Positions 1 through 9,066 of a stretch of 64,000 bases of DNA are shown here, one piece after another (the first letter of the stretch is position 1; every line of letters starts with the position of its first letter). The DNA is from a virus. Taxonomy: Duplodnaviria; Caudoviricetes. The stretch lies in the IMG/VR virus record IMGVR_UViG_3300005670_000019. One strand, given 5' to 3'. The translations under genes were made by a program, and so were the position numbers. Below the pieces are notes generated by a model. It was not told the DNA's origin and did no database searches. It saw nothing but the letters and a program-made list of their open reading frames with translations.

Positions 1-268
1 TTTCTTTCGATTCTTTTTAGCTTCAATAGAAGCTTGGCTTTGAAAGATAACTTTCTGCTTATTGGTTTTAGCCAATACCAACGCTGTTCCGGGTTGTCTT
101 TGTAAAAGGCAACACAGTGCTTTCGCATTGGTTCAGTGAAGTTTTTTTCAATATCAAATGCCATATGTTCGCCTTTTTGAAATCGAAACATAATTTCTTC
201 GGCTTCAATGGCTAAAAGCTTTTCATCGAAAGCCTCATGAAGCTCGTAGATTATGTCTTCAAGGTCAT

Positions 269-487
269 TCATGACTTTTTAGAATCAAACATGCAATACA
301 CGAACATATAGACAAGAACTACAAAGTAGAAAAATGATAGAAAAAATGCTGTTTTTGCAGTGCCAGCAAAAGTAAGCAATCCAAGATCGGTGCCTAGCGA
401 CATGCAAAGAGCCATTGCTGTCATAAAAATGAAAACTTGGAGCATTCTTTGAAAGATTGCAGTCTGCGTTTCAAGATTCTTACTCAT
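269..487 (-). CDS. small membrane protein, hypothetical
   Basis: Two hydrophobic segments; likely start MSKNLE overlapping the stop of the upstream gene. Confidence 0.55.
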   Translation of the reverse strand: MSKNLETQTAIFQRMLQVFIFMTAMALCMSLGTDLGLLTFAGTAKTAFFLSFFYFVVLVYMFVYCMFDSKKS

Positions 488-909
488 TTCTTCTTTCCTT
501 TTCCAGAACAGGTTCGTGCGTTGTGTCCGCTTTCGCCACACTTGCCACACTTTCTTTCTGCCTTTTCTTTCTTCACAACCTTAGAAACTTTTTGAACAGT
601 TCCATCCGCCTGAGTCTCTTCAACTTCTTGAAGGTTCTCTCGTCCAGCCGCCGCGAACGTTGCTGAATTCCAAACAACAGGACCAGCAATCCCCCAAGAT
701 TCCTTGAGTTTTTCTTGCTCTTCCTTAGTCATGCGATCCCACGGATGGTGGGTTTTCATTTCATGAATACGTTTCTGTCTTCGTTCTTCTTCTTTTACAT
801 CACGACACTTTGCTGAACAATAAAGGAAGAAGTTTCCTTTCATTTGCTCTTCAAGCTCGGGAACGACTTCGTTGCAATGATTGCATCTTGTATAGGAAAG
901 CATAATCAA
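484..909 (-). CDS. zinc-finger protein (N-terminal CxxC..YCSxxC, C-terminal CCHC zinc knuckle)
   Basis: CNHC...YCSAKC and CGKCGESGHNARTC motifs. Confidence 0.7.
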   Translation of the reverse strand: MIMLSYTRCNHCNEVVPELEEQMKGNFFLYCSAKCRDVKEEERRQKRIHEMKTHHPWDRMTKEEQEKLKESWGIAGPVVWNSATFAAAGRENLQEVEETQADGTVQKVSKVVKKEKAERKCGKCGESGHNARTCSGKGKKK

Positions 910-1202
910 CCAAAATGAGCTTCGACAATAACTCCGTTATCCATGGAGCCGTCTACAACGATGTACTTATATTCAACACCATTATGAATTCTAGTTTCTT
1001 CCTTGAAGGACAAACTATCTTCACTAAGCTTGACGTTGAGGCGAGTGGGTTGGAAATCCCGAGTCAAGACCATCCTTACCTTTCCTGCCTGATAAACACG
1101 AACCCAAGAAATTTCTTGTTTGACTTGAGCAAGTGTCATTCCGATAAATCGTGAAGTGTCAGGAGGTGTTGGAGATTGAAATGTATCGTTATCGTCAGTC
1201 AT
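906..1202 (-). CDS. hypothetical protein
   Basis: ORF with AAGGAAAG RBS, abutting the next gene. Confidence 0.6.
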   Translation of the reverse strand: MTDDNDTFQSPTPPDTSRFIGMTLAQVKQEISWVRVYQAGKVRMVLTRDFQPTRLNVKLSEDSLSFKEETRIHNGVEYKYIVVDGSMDNGVIVEAHFG

Positions 1203-1570
1203 TTACTTTCCTTTGAATTGGAGCCTTATAACACATAAAAATCGGATTTTAAACTATTTGCTTCATTTTCTGTTAGCTCTAAGAGAAAATATCTATTACC
1301 TTTAGAGCCTAGACTTTTGTATTCATCGCTAATGATGCTAATCACGGCATAATGAATTACAGTATGACCTTCAAGTCTGAACACTTTAATAGCCCTGTCG
1401 TTTTCTTTTAAATTTTCAAACGAAATAGGCTTCATTAAACTAAGCATCGATTCACATTCATCGGCTGACAACATCAACTCTTCTAACATTTTTGCAACAC
1501 TATTATCAATTTTTCTCATTTGAAAAATTCTTTTTGCAAAATTCATTTACTTTCCTTTGAATTGGAGCCT
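1199..1570. repeat. 28-bp perfect direct repeat (1199-1226 and 1543-1570) flanking ORF 1226-1546
   Basis: tcatttactttcctttgaattggagcct occurs twice; on the minus strand it is a tRNA 3' end (AGGCTCCA) + RBS + ATG. Confidence 0.9.
1226..1546 (-). CDS. hypothetical protein
   Basis: 106-aa ORF with RBS inside the direct repeat. Confidence 0.6.
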   Translation of the reverse strand: MNFAKRIFQMRKIDNSVAKMLEELMLSADECESMLSLMKPISFENLKENDRAIKVFRLEGHTVIHYAVISIISDEYKSLGSKGNRYFLLELTENEANSLKSDFYVL

Positions 1571-1605
1571 CCCACGGGATTTGAACCCTTGCAAGGACTA
1601 CGTTT
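1563..1605 (-). pseudogene. 3' half of an interrupted tRNA (Thr-like)
   Basis: AAGGGTTCAAATCCCGT-GGGAGGC-T-CCA; acceptor strand pairs with GCCTCTC at 2217-2211. Confidence 0.85.
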
Positions 1606-1616
1606 TCTGAATCTCT

Positions 1617-1691
1617 TGGAGCCCGCGACTGGAATCGAACCAGCTCTCTCCTTATTACAAGTAAGGTGCATGACCATTGTGCTTCGCGGGC
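1617..1691 (-). tRNA. tRNA-Thr(TGT)
   Basis: Cloverleaf; anticodon arm CCTTA-CTTGTAA-TAAGG; CCA encoded. Confidence 0.92.
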
Positions 1692-2155
1692 GCATCTTCA
1701 AAACCTTTGTTTCCTTTGCGAAATCTCTTAGAGGTTTTCTCCCCTCCTTTTCTTCCCCAATTCCGGAAATTGGGCGTTAGAGCATGGCAATTCGGACAAA
1801 GAACTCTCAGATTTTGACGCTGGTTATTTGTGTGGTCGCCATCTATATGATCGATTTCCAATATCGATCCACCACATGCTCTTGTCTTGCAAAAGCCACA
1901 TTGAGAACACTTGAACTCACTTTCTGCCAAGAGACGCTGACGTCTCTTTTCGCGACTAAGTTGTTCGAATGGAACAGTTTCCCACTTTACATCAGTCCAC
2001 TGATTGGACGCGGCGCCCCTTCTCTTGCGCATTGCTTCATAAAATGCGTCAGACTTAGGAGGTGGCTCTTTTCTATCCGGATTGCTTTTGCAGAAAGTTT
2101 GATGATATCCTATACCCCTCTTGGAGAATTCGTTGTTGCAATATTGACATTTCAT
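1655..2155 (-). CDS. HNH endonuclease
   Basis: CSQCG...LEIDHIDGDHTNNQRQNLRVLCPNCH; stop codon inside the tRNA-Thr anticodon loop. Confidence 0.9.
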   Translation of the reverse strand: MKCQYCNNEFSKRGIGYHQTFCKSNPDRKEPPPKSDAFYEAMRKRRGAASNQWTDVKWETVPFEQLSREKRRQRLLAESEFKCSQCGFCKTRACGGSILEIDHIDGDHTNNQRQNLRVLCPNCHALTPNFRNWGRKGGEKTSKRFRKGNKGFEDAPAKHNGHAPYL

Positions 2156-2187
2156 GACACTAACTATGGCAGAGCAAGGATACTTCT

Positions 2188-2217
2188 ACCGTTGCTCTAC
2201 CGTTGAGCTAGAGAGGC
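2188..2217 (-). pseudogene. 5' half of an interrupted tRNA (Thr-like)
   Basis: GCCTCTC-TA-GCTC-AACGGTA-GAGC-A-ACGGT: acceptor strand, D arm and start of anticodon stem. Confidence 0.85.
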
Positions 2218-2234
2218 ATTTTGTGCTATGATCA

Positions 2235-2263
2235 ACAATAGCAAGAAACCGACGAAATTTCAA
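2235..2263 (-). promoter_or_regulatory. sigma70-like promoter
   Basis: TTGAAA-N17-TATTGT immediately upstream of the tRNA 5' half. Confidence 0.6.
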
Positions 2264-2273
2264 GGAAAATCAT

Positions 2274-2648
2274 TCAGTTCTTTTTTTTGACCCAATCTTG
2301 GAACTTTCCCCAAATGAGTGGGTTATCGAGGTGCAAAGATTTGTAAATCCAAAGTCCAATAAATGGCATTGAATACCAAAAAAGAATATGATAACCCCAC
2401 AAGGAAACACTTCCAACAAGTAGAAGTGACACTGCAAGAGAAATCAAAATCAAAATTGGAATAGCAAAAAAGAAAGTAAACCCCCAAATTGATACATGCG
2501 GATTTTCAAAAAGTTCCTCAACAAGAGCCATCCAAACAAAAAGGATCGTGCGAAATACTCGAAGTGGATCAAACTTCCATTTGATTTCATTTTTTGGTGG
2601 CTTCGATGGCGTACGATATCCGCCATTTTCATTGTTGTTTGTTGTCAT
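2274..2648 (-). CDS. membrane protein, hypothetical
   Basis: Several hydrophobic segments. Confidence 0.6.
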   Translation of the reverse strand: MTTNNNENGGYRTPSKPPKNEIKWKFDPLRVFRTILFVWMALVEELFENPHVSIWGFTFFFAIPILILISLAVSLLLVGSVSLWGYHILFWYSMPFIGLWIYKSLHLDNPLIWGKFQDWVKKKN

Positions 2649-2827
2649 TGGTGTTGACCTTTCAAAACGTCATCAATCCCTTGGTGAGATAAGTTCAAAG
2701 AACCATGTAAAGACGGTTTTGATCGTATTCTTCCAATCTCTTTTTAGGTAAGTCCTAGCAACCCATGCACAGAAAAATCCTGTGATGAAGTAAGTTATCA
2801 GAGCTAAGGCAAAAGCAAAAGTCCAAC

Positions 2828-3202
2828 TCATAATACCTTCACAAACTTTCCGCGATTGAAATCATCTAATGGACAAAAGAATCTTCCAAAGATCATTTCT
2901 TTTGAAAATGGTGCTCTTTTTTTAGTTGAGAACTTTGAGTCTGTAGTCTCCAAAATAAACAAAGAAACAGAACTCCATTCCTCCGCACCCTTTCGAACAT
3001 AAATACGATCGATTTGAAAAATCGAATCTTTTGGAAAAGTCTTGTTGAATGCGTGTTTTTGAAATGTAGGGTTGGTCCATTTTGTTGGAAATGGAACATT
3101 TTCTGCCTCAAAAAGACACATGTTGCGGTGATCAACAATGACTGAAAATGTCCAATCATCAGGATTTTTAATTTTTGTTCCAAGTTCCGGAATGAAAAAC
3201 AT
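2828..3202 (-). CDS. hypothetical phage protein
   Basis: 124-aa ORF with AAAGG RBS; contains IDRIYVRKG. Confidence 0.65.
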   Translation of the reverse strand: MFFIPELGTKIKNPDDWTFSVIVDHRNMCLFEAENVPFPTKWTNPTFQKHAFNKTFPKDSIFQIDRIYVRKGAEEWSSVSLFILETTDSKFSTKKRAPFSKEMIFGRFFCPLDDFNRGKFVKVL

Positions 3203-3230
3203 AATGAACCTTTCTCAGTTGAGAGAAATT

Positions 3231-3304
3231 TGGTACAGGTAGCCGGAATCGAACCGACCTCTCAGCACTGGCAATGCCGCGTAATACCAATATACCATAC
3301 CTGC
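3231..3304 (-). tRNA. tRNA-Gly(GCC)
   Basis: Cloverleaf; CGGCA-TTGCCAG-TGCTG; CCA. Confidence 0.9.
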
Positions 3305-3566
3305 ATAGTTACCAGGGTTTTGAACTCCTTTATGAGTTCGATAAGTTTATCACTTTTCACAAAGGATAGTGCAATAAACTGCGTTTCAATTGTTCTAACT
3401 TTTCCCTGGTGTCTTGAGTGGTAAGCTACAAGAAAGTTAGCGGAGGGGAGACAACAACCTTTTGCACGAAACGCCCACAAAAGGTTCAGTACCCGGGATC
3501 CTCGGGTTTTATTTTGTGTGAACTTTCACTCCCAATGTTGAACACACTTTTCACTAATATTAGTGT

Positions 3567-3642
3567 TGGTCCGACATATGGGAATCGAACCCATCTCTAA
3601 CGGCTTATAAGACCGTCCCCTCAACCAGTTGGGTTATGTCGG
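3567..3642 (-). tRNA. tRNA-Ile(TAT)
   Basis: Cloverleaf; ACGGT-CTTATAA-GCCGT; CCA. Confidence 0.9.
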
Positions 3643-3664
3643 AAATACATGTATACTTATACGT

Positions 3665-4048
3665 ATGTCATTCAAACATTCTCAAGAAAGTTTATTGGAA
3701 TATCTAAAAAAATATTCTAACTCTAGATTGCCTAACACTCATAGAGTAAAATTACATTTACTCCAAACCAAATTTTTAGAAAACAAATGTTCAATTTGCA
3801 ATATGCCACCTTTTTGGTTTGGTAAACCCATTAGTTTCCATCTTGATCACATTGATGGAAACCCAAAAAACAATGAAGTTTCAAACTTCAGAATTCTTTG
3901 TCCAAACTGTCATTCTCAAACAGAAAGTTATTGCGGTAAAAAGAACACTAAAACCCAACACATAAGACAAAAATATTTTTGTCTTGATTGTAAATCAGAA
4001 ATTACATCAAGGGCAAAACGTTGCAAATCCTGTGCTCGACGAGCCTAA
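3665..4048 (+). CDS. HNH endonuclease
   Basis: CSIC...HLDHIDGNPKNNEVSNFRILCPNCHSQT plus C-terminal CxxC..CxxC; divergent from tRNA-Ile. Confidence 0.9.
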   Translation: MSFKHSQESLLEYLKKYSNSRLPNTHRVKLHLLQTKFLENKCSICNMPPFWFGKPISFHLDHIDGNPKNNEVSNFRILCPNCHSQTESYCGKKNTKTQHIRQKYFCLDCKSEITSRAKRCKSCARRA

Positions 4049-4066
4049 CCATTTGCCTACCCTTCC
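4041..4066 (-). pseudogene. 5' fragment of a tRNA (isotype unknown)
   Basis: GGAAGGG-TA-GGC-AAATGGTTAG-GCT just downstream of a promoter; overlaps the HNH stop codon. Confidence 0.6.
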
Positions 4067-4075
4067 ATATTCTTA

Positions 4076-4104
4076 ATTATGCCTCAAATTCGGAGAGATT
4101 TCAA
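4076..4104 (-). promoter_or_regulatory. sigma70-like promoter
   Basis: TTGAAA-N17-CATAAT. Confidence 0.6.
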
Positions 4105-4119
4105 GGCATAATTCAAAAT

Positions 4120-4815
4120 TCAGTATCCATCAAGTCCCACTGTGTTTTCATAAGTATCGATGACAAGCGGTCTATGACCTGGCTCGTAACTTTCGTTACA
4201 GATAGCCGCATTGACCACAGTAGAGCCCCAGGGCATTTTGTAAACCCCGTAAGAGTAATGAATGTGTCCACACACAATCCATTTTGTCTTCGTCTCAGAA
4301 AGGCGTGTGGTGAGTTCTGGACAGCCATAATGAACAAGTCTACTTACGTACTTGTTCTTATAATCCGGACCAACATCACCATACATTGAGGGCGGACCAT
4401 GCGTAATCAAAACATCAGTTTCTTCGGGAAGTTGATCCCAAATGTCACGAGCCTCCGGTCCAGGCTCGTAACCCCATCCCCAACTTCCTGCAATTGGAGA
4501 ATAGCTTTCGCCATAGAAATTCAGACCATCAATGGTCACAAGTTCATTATGAATGAACTGAACATTTCCATCGTACTTTTCAAGATGGTACTTGTAATAC
4601 CTAGTGTTTCCAGAAAACTCTGCTTCATGATTGCCGCAAATTACGAGCTTATGTTCGTGAGGTTGAGCTGCAAACCATTTGGCAAATTGTTCAATTTGTT
4701 CAAGAGTTCCTGTTCGGGAAAAGTCGCCTGCATGAACGAGAACATCACCCATAGGAATTGGATGATAAAGCCTATCATGAAGACAATGAGTGTCACTGAT
4801 GCAGACGATTTTCAT
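4120..4815 (-). CDS. calcineurin-like metallophosphoesterase
   Basis: SDTH, HAGD, GNHE, HGPP and GHIH motifs. Confidence 0.92.
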   Translation of the reverse strand: MKIVCISDTHCLHDRLYHPIPMGDVLVHAGDFSRTGTLEQIEQFAKWFAAQPHEHKLVICGNHEAEFSGNTRYYKYHLEKYDGNVQFIHNELVTIDGLNFYGESYSPIAGSWGWGYEPGPEARDIWDQLPEETDVLITHGPPSMYGDVGPDYKNKYVSRLVHYGCPELTTRLSETKTKWIVCGHIHYSYGVYKMPWGSTVVNAAICNESYEPGHRPLVIDTYENTVGLDGY

Positions 4816-5113
4816 ACTTTATTCTATGATGATTTCGTCAGAATTTCAAACAACATTTCATTCTTCTTCTAGTTTTGTGAAGCGAATGTCCGTCTCGCAC
4901 TCAATAATCGCACCATTCTTACAAAGAGCTGCAACTCTGACAAAGCGTCCTGGAGAAAATGATCCCTTTCCAATGAAAGAAGAAACTTGATCATCCAAAT
5001 CAATAAGAAGAATGAATAGAGTACAATCTATGTACTGGTACTTTTCATTGAAGAAAACTAATGATTGAAACTTTCTTCTTGGAAAAAGAATTGTACCTGT
5101 TTCGAGACACATT

Positions 5114-5566
5114 TTAGAAAGTCTTTGGTTTGTTGGGTGATCGGACAAAAAACTTTTTCAATCTTTCAACGAAAGATTTCCACTTTTCTTGTCGCAACTT
5201 TGACTTCTCTTGTCGAAGTCTTTCTTTTTCTCTTTTTCTCTCAAGCTTCTCGTTGAGAGCCTTCGCTCTTCGGTCAGCTTCACAGTTTCCGCATTCATAA
5301 GCCCAATTAGCATTATGATCTAGAAATGTGTTGAAATACTTTTGCTGGCATTCGTGACAGAGAACTTTTCCACAAACACAACAAACAACGGGTTCTCCAT
5401 GTTCACAAATTGCGTTTCTTTCCCAACCTTTAGGCGGAAAGTCACGGGGTCGATGATATGCATGAAACGCCGCTGCTTTCCTTCGCAACCAATCAAAGTG
5501 ATGATTGTCACGATATTCTAGCTCAGCTTTCAGCCGAGCATTTTCTTTTCGAAGGTCTTCACTCAT
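5114..5566 (-). CDS. hypothetical Cys-rich protein
   Basis: CCVCGKVLCHEC...CGNC; coiled-coil C-terminus. Confidence 0.6.
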   Translation of the reverse strand: MSEDLRKENARLKAELEYRDNHHFDWLRRKAAAFHAYHRPRDFPPKGWERNAICEHGEPVVCCVCGKVLCHECQQKYFNTFLDHNANWAYECGNCEADRRAKALNEKLERKREKERLRQEKSKLRQEKWKSFVERLKKFFVRSPNKPKTF

Positions 5567-5948
5567 TGGAAGTTGCTTGTTTGTTAGGATTAGGAGGCAC
5601 AAGTGTTAGGTTTCCTACATATGTCCAACCATGAAAAAGAACACCTTCTTGATGCCGAAAAACTACTTCAACTCTTGGATTGGTGTCCAACTCTTGTGGA
5701 ATCTTGCTATGATTCGTGTATATCACATGTTCTAATCTAGACCACATTTTCTGGTATGGTCCTTTGTTTTGGAAATACAAAGGACCATCACCAATATACA
5801 TCCCTGTATATTTAGAACGAGTTATGTCCGCCACGAAGTCGTCAAATATCCAGTTTTTTGACGAAAAAAGACGTATTGATGGAAAGCGTAAATAAATTGG
5901 CGTCCCAGCTTCAACGACATGAATTTCTTCTGGATCGTCAAACATCAT
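5559..5948 (-). CDS. hypothetical protein
   Basis: ORF coupled to both neighbours. Confidence 0.55.
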   Translation of the reverse strand: MMFDDPEEIHVVEAGTPIYLRFPSIRLFSSKNWIFDDFVADITRSKYTGMYIGDGPLYFQNKGPYQKMWSRLEHVIYTNHSKIPQELDTNPRVEVVFRHQEGVLFHGWTYVGNLTLVPPNPNKQATSNE

Positions 5949-6390
5949 GTCCGGGCATTGGAGGAGCGCAAACGTCTGTGACGCAGTTGACAGGAGAGGC
6001 GCCCTTGACAACAGTCAAGACACCGCGAATTTTGTTGACACGAAAAACATGTTGCGAGAAGCCGACGGGAATGTCAAAATTCCAGCCGTTTCGTGCAGCT
6101 TCACCAGCCGAAGCGAAAGCTCCTAGGGCACGCAAAAGTTGCGGCATTCGCCACTCGCGGGGAGCAGTCCAAACAATGTCGGTCGGTTGAATGTCGCAGA
6201 CACCTTCCCAAAAGGGCTTGGAAAGTGCCGTTTGGCAATCCGGACCTACGAAAACCGTCCCGAAATCGACGAAGGACTGAACCTTTCCCCCCAGGAAAAC
6301 CTTGCATTTCTGCTCGATATCTCCCGCGAGATTGACCATCGTTTCGTTGTGCCGAGCCATTTCGCTCGCAAGATTTAGCATTTTCGACAT
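5938..6390 (-). CDS. hypothetical protein, possible S4-like RNA-binding segment
   Basis: QLLRALGAFASAGEAARNG resembles the S4 helix pair; directly after a promoter. Confidence 0.5.
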   Translation of the reverse strand: MSKMLNLASEMARHNETMVNLAGDIEQKCKVFLGGKVQSFVDFGTVFVGPDCQTALSKPFWEGVCDIQPTDIVWTAPREWRMPQLLRALGAFASAGEAARNGWNFDIPVGFSQHVFRVNKIRGVLTVVKGASPVNCVTDVCAPPMPGHDV

Positions 6391-6396
6391 GCCTAC

Positions 6397-6425
6397 ACTA
6401 TAGCATATGGGTCGACCATTTTCAA
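6397..6425 (-). promoter_or_regulatory. sigma70-like promoter
   Basis: TTGAAA-N17-TATAGT with extended -10 TG. Confidence 0.7.
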
Positions 6426-6445
6426 GTAATGCTAACCCCTTGAAA

Positions 6446-7021
6446 TCATTGGTAAACTGCTCGGTCTACGCCGTGATTACAATCCTTTAGGGTCGCGTCG
6501 GGCAAGCAGAGCCAGTGTCCGCGTTCGATTTCCTCGAAAAGTTCTCGTTCAATTGAGTACGTTCTAATTTCATTATCGAACGAAAGGTCCACGGTCCAGT
6601 TTTCGGGATGGTGAACGGGAACCTGGCGACAAGATTGCACCTTTCCAACGGTCGTACATTGTGTGTTGTACGTTGTATATGGAGGGTGATATTCCTTCGA
6701 AGAAATAGTTCCGACATATCGGTCGCGACTAACATGATCACTGATTGCGGAACCAGCAAGATAAATCAGGTAACAAACAAAAAGAAATCCAACAACCATC
6801 AAAAGGTAAGGAAACAATCCTTTGAGGTCATCCCAAAGTCCTGCAATCTTCTCACCAATCCAAGAAAGATAGGAAGACTTCTTCTTGAGTTTTGCAAGTT
6901 GCTTGTGAAGATCATGAATTGTTTTGCGGCTTGAGAGAACTTCCTTATTCAAGGAGGAAATCTTTTCCTTACTCTCATTCAGCTCGCGGCGAATTCTGGC
7001 TTCATCATCCGATCTATACAT
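6446..7021 (-). CDS. membrane-anchored hypothetical protein
   Basis: Coiled coil + one TM helix + predicted extracytoplasmic domain. Confidence 0.65.
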   Translation of the reverse strand: MYRSDDEARIRRELNESKEKISSLNKEVLSSRKTIHDLHKQLAKLKKKSSYLSWIGEKIAGLWDDLKGLFPYLLMVVGFLFVCYLIYLAGSAISDHVSRDRYVGTISSKEYHPPYTTYNTQCTTVGKVQSCRQVPVHHPENWTVDLSFDNEIRTYSIERELFEEIERGHWLCLPDATLKDCNHGVDRAVYQ

Positions 7022-7032
7022 GAGTCAAACTT

Positions 7033-7287
7033 TCAAAAGAAAGGGTTCGTTTTTTCAAACTGCGGTTTGTAACTCAACAGAAGTCTTGGCTCTACCAAAG
7101 TAGAGCTTTTATGTCCACCGGGCTCAATGAATTGAATTTCAATAAGTCCATCTTCATCCTCAAGTGAGGAGATTTTAGCTTCATGAACTTCAAGAGATTG
7201 TGGATAAATGCAAGGGAACTTGGGAGAACCATATTCATCAACTTCTGCTGAAAGAAGCCAAACTGTCTGCCCGATTTCAAAGCTCAT
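7033..7287 (-). CDS. hypothetical protein
   Basis: 84-aa ORF with AAGGA RBS. Confidence 0.55.
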   Translation of the reverse strand: MSFEIGQTVWLLSAEVDEYGSPKFPCIYPQSLEVHEAKISSLEDEDGLIEIQFIEPGGHKSSTLVEPRLLLSYKPQFEKTNPFF

Positions 7288-7358
7288 ACCAAACTGTCCT
7301 TACAAAGATAGTTGCCGAAGCAACAAAAGAAAAACTCAAAAGAAAGAGTGTCATAATT

Positions 7359-7432
7359 TGGAGTCGCCCGTCAGTAACGATCTGACCTCAACCAGTTTTG
7401 CAGACTAGTGCCATCACCTGATGGAGAGCGAC
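7359..7432 (-). tRNA. tRNA-Cys(GCA)
   Basis: CTAGT-CTGCAAA-ACTGG; U73; atypical T-loop ATCGTTA. Confidence 0.85.
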
Positions 7433-7440
7433 ATGTAACC

Positions 7441-7469
7441 ACTATAATGCGGTCGGAAGTTATTTTCAA
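7441..7469 (-). promoter_or_regulatory. sigma70-like promoter
   Basis: TTGAAA-N17-TATAGT directly upstream of tRNA-Cys. Confidence 0.7.
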
Positions 7470-7473
7470 CTAA

Positions 7474-7890
7474 TCAGTTAGAATTTGCTTGAGTTTCTGT
7501 TCCATCTAAAGCACGAGTGAAAATCTGCTGCTCGATCGGAAGTAAAGTCTCTGAACATTCACAAAGACTTCCATCCACTTTCTTTACAGAATAAGGCTCG
7601 CAAGCAAACCTACAACTTCTGTCGGAATGAGAAACAGTCTCACTAATTGTTCTCAAAACTTGAACTCTTTCGGGATCTGGGTTTGGGAAAACATCATTTA
7701 CTGCACAAGTTCCAAAAAATGCAACGATTATGAGAGTTGCAAGAAATGCTCCGATGCGGAGCGTTCGTTTCTTTAGTTCAAAAGTCAATTCCTCTTCACT
7801 TTTTGAAGAAGGGCGGCGAGCAATGGCTTCATCCACAATTCTCTTTACAGAAGAGAGAAACTCTTGCTTTTCATCTGGATTTCTATACAT
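7474..7890 (-). CDS. membrane-anchored hypothetical protein
   Basis: One TM helix, Cys-containing C-terminus. Confidence 0.6.
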   Translation of the reverse strand: MYRNPDEKQEFLSSVKRIVDEAIARRPSSKSEEELTFELKKRTLRIGAFLATLIIVAFFGTCAVNDVFPNPDPERVQVLRTISETVSHSDRSCRFACEPYSVKKVDGSLCECSETLLPIEQQIFTRALDGTETQANSN

Positions 7891-8177
7891 CACAAGTCCT
7901 TTACAATTCCGCAAACGTCCCTTGTCCAGCCGTTTACGAAACCTTTGTTGTTACTAATCTGAAAACCCTTAGTTTTGTCAATTGCTGAAATGAGGTGAAG
8001 AAAAATTCTTCCCCTAACCTTACAGAGAACAACGTTTCCAACTTCCAAAATGGAAGTATCATTCAATGGATAAACTGTGACTTCCTGTCCGCTCTTGATT
8101 CTTGGCAACATAGAGTTGCCTTTCGGATTGAAAGTAACTGTTTCGCCGTTCTTTACTTTTTCAAATACGTGTTGCAT
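7890..8177 (-). CDS. peptidase S24/S26-like protein
   Basis: GNSMLPRIKSGQ motif with a downstream His. Confidence 0.7.
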   Translation of the reverse strand: MQHVFEKVKNGETVTFNPKGNSMLPRIKSGQEVTVYPLNDTSILEVGNVVLCKVRGRIFLHLISAIDKTKGFQISNNKGFVNGWTRDVCGIVKDL

Positions 8178-8514
8178 CTAAATCTTTAGAATGTTCATAC
8201 CCTGCTTCAATAGCAGCTTCAAGCAAGTCTGTTTCAGACTTTGAAAGATTCAACATTTTTGAGGCGTCGAGGACATGATTTTTTATTTCACTAATAATGT
8301 TCAAGAACTGAATTGGACGTTCAAAAATCAAAACAACGGACGTTTCATCAATTGATTGGTTTGTTGTGTTTATAAGTCGCCATCCTTCTTTTGCGAAGGA
8401 AGTCAAAACGTTTTGAAGAGATTTAGTAGAAAGTTCGTCTTTGAAATACGTGCCAGTTTCGTCACTTTCAGGAACCGAAAGTGAAACGGTTTCTACATGA
8501 TATTCAAACTTCAT
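8161..8514 (-). CDS. hypothetical protein (DUF4177-like)
   Basis: FEY...L..FAKEGWRL...LIFERP pattern. Confidence 0.55.
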   Translation of the reverse strand: MKFEYHVETVSLSVPESDETGTYFKDELSTKSLQNVLTSFAKEGWRLINTTNQSIDETSVVLIFERPIQFLNIISEIKNHVLDASKMLNLSKSETDLLEAAIEAGYEHSKDLDATRI

Positions 8515-8688
8515 TATCTCCTCTAATCCTTGCCAAAAATTGCTTCTTTTGCAACTCTAATTCTTCTTGATGTTTTATACGTGCAACTTCAAGAACTTTT
8601 TCGTTCTGAATGAACACTTCAAGAGTTTCAAGCAATGTTTTCTTAGGAACGCCATCAAGAACCATCTTTCTAATTTGTTCAAGATAGG

Positions 8689-9066
8689 TCATTTTTCACC
8701 TTTAATTCCAAGCTCTGTTGCAGCTCGCTCCATTTCCGCATGATAGACAGCATCGCACATTTCCCAGGAACATGCAAAGCGAGCAATGCCCGCGTCACGC
8801 AAACGCTCATGAAGAACGTGACCTGGCGTCAAGTTTGCCTTTTCCAACAAATGACCTAATCCAAGTTCTTCGCAAGCAGTCACAGATAATGCAATGCTAC
8901 TACTTCCTTGACTTAGAATAAGTTCCTTCCCTCTCGGATAAAGACCAACATTTCCATCAAGTCTTTTGATCGGAAGTTCAGAACGGATCTTTTTGTCAAG
9001 ACGAACTCTTGTCGCCTTTTTAATTTCGTCCGCTTCAATCTTTGCCCAGGCTTCTTGGTCAGTCAT
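8689..9066 (-). CDS. hypothetical protein
   Basis: Member of a translationally coupled run. Confidence 0.55.
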   Translation of the reverse strand: MTDQEAWAKIEADEIKKATRVRLDKKIRSELPIKRLDGNVGLYPRGKELILSQGSSSIALSVTACEELGLGHLLEKANLTPGHVLHERLRDAGIARFACSWEMCDAVYHAEMERAATELGIKGEK

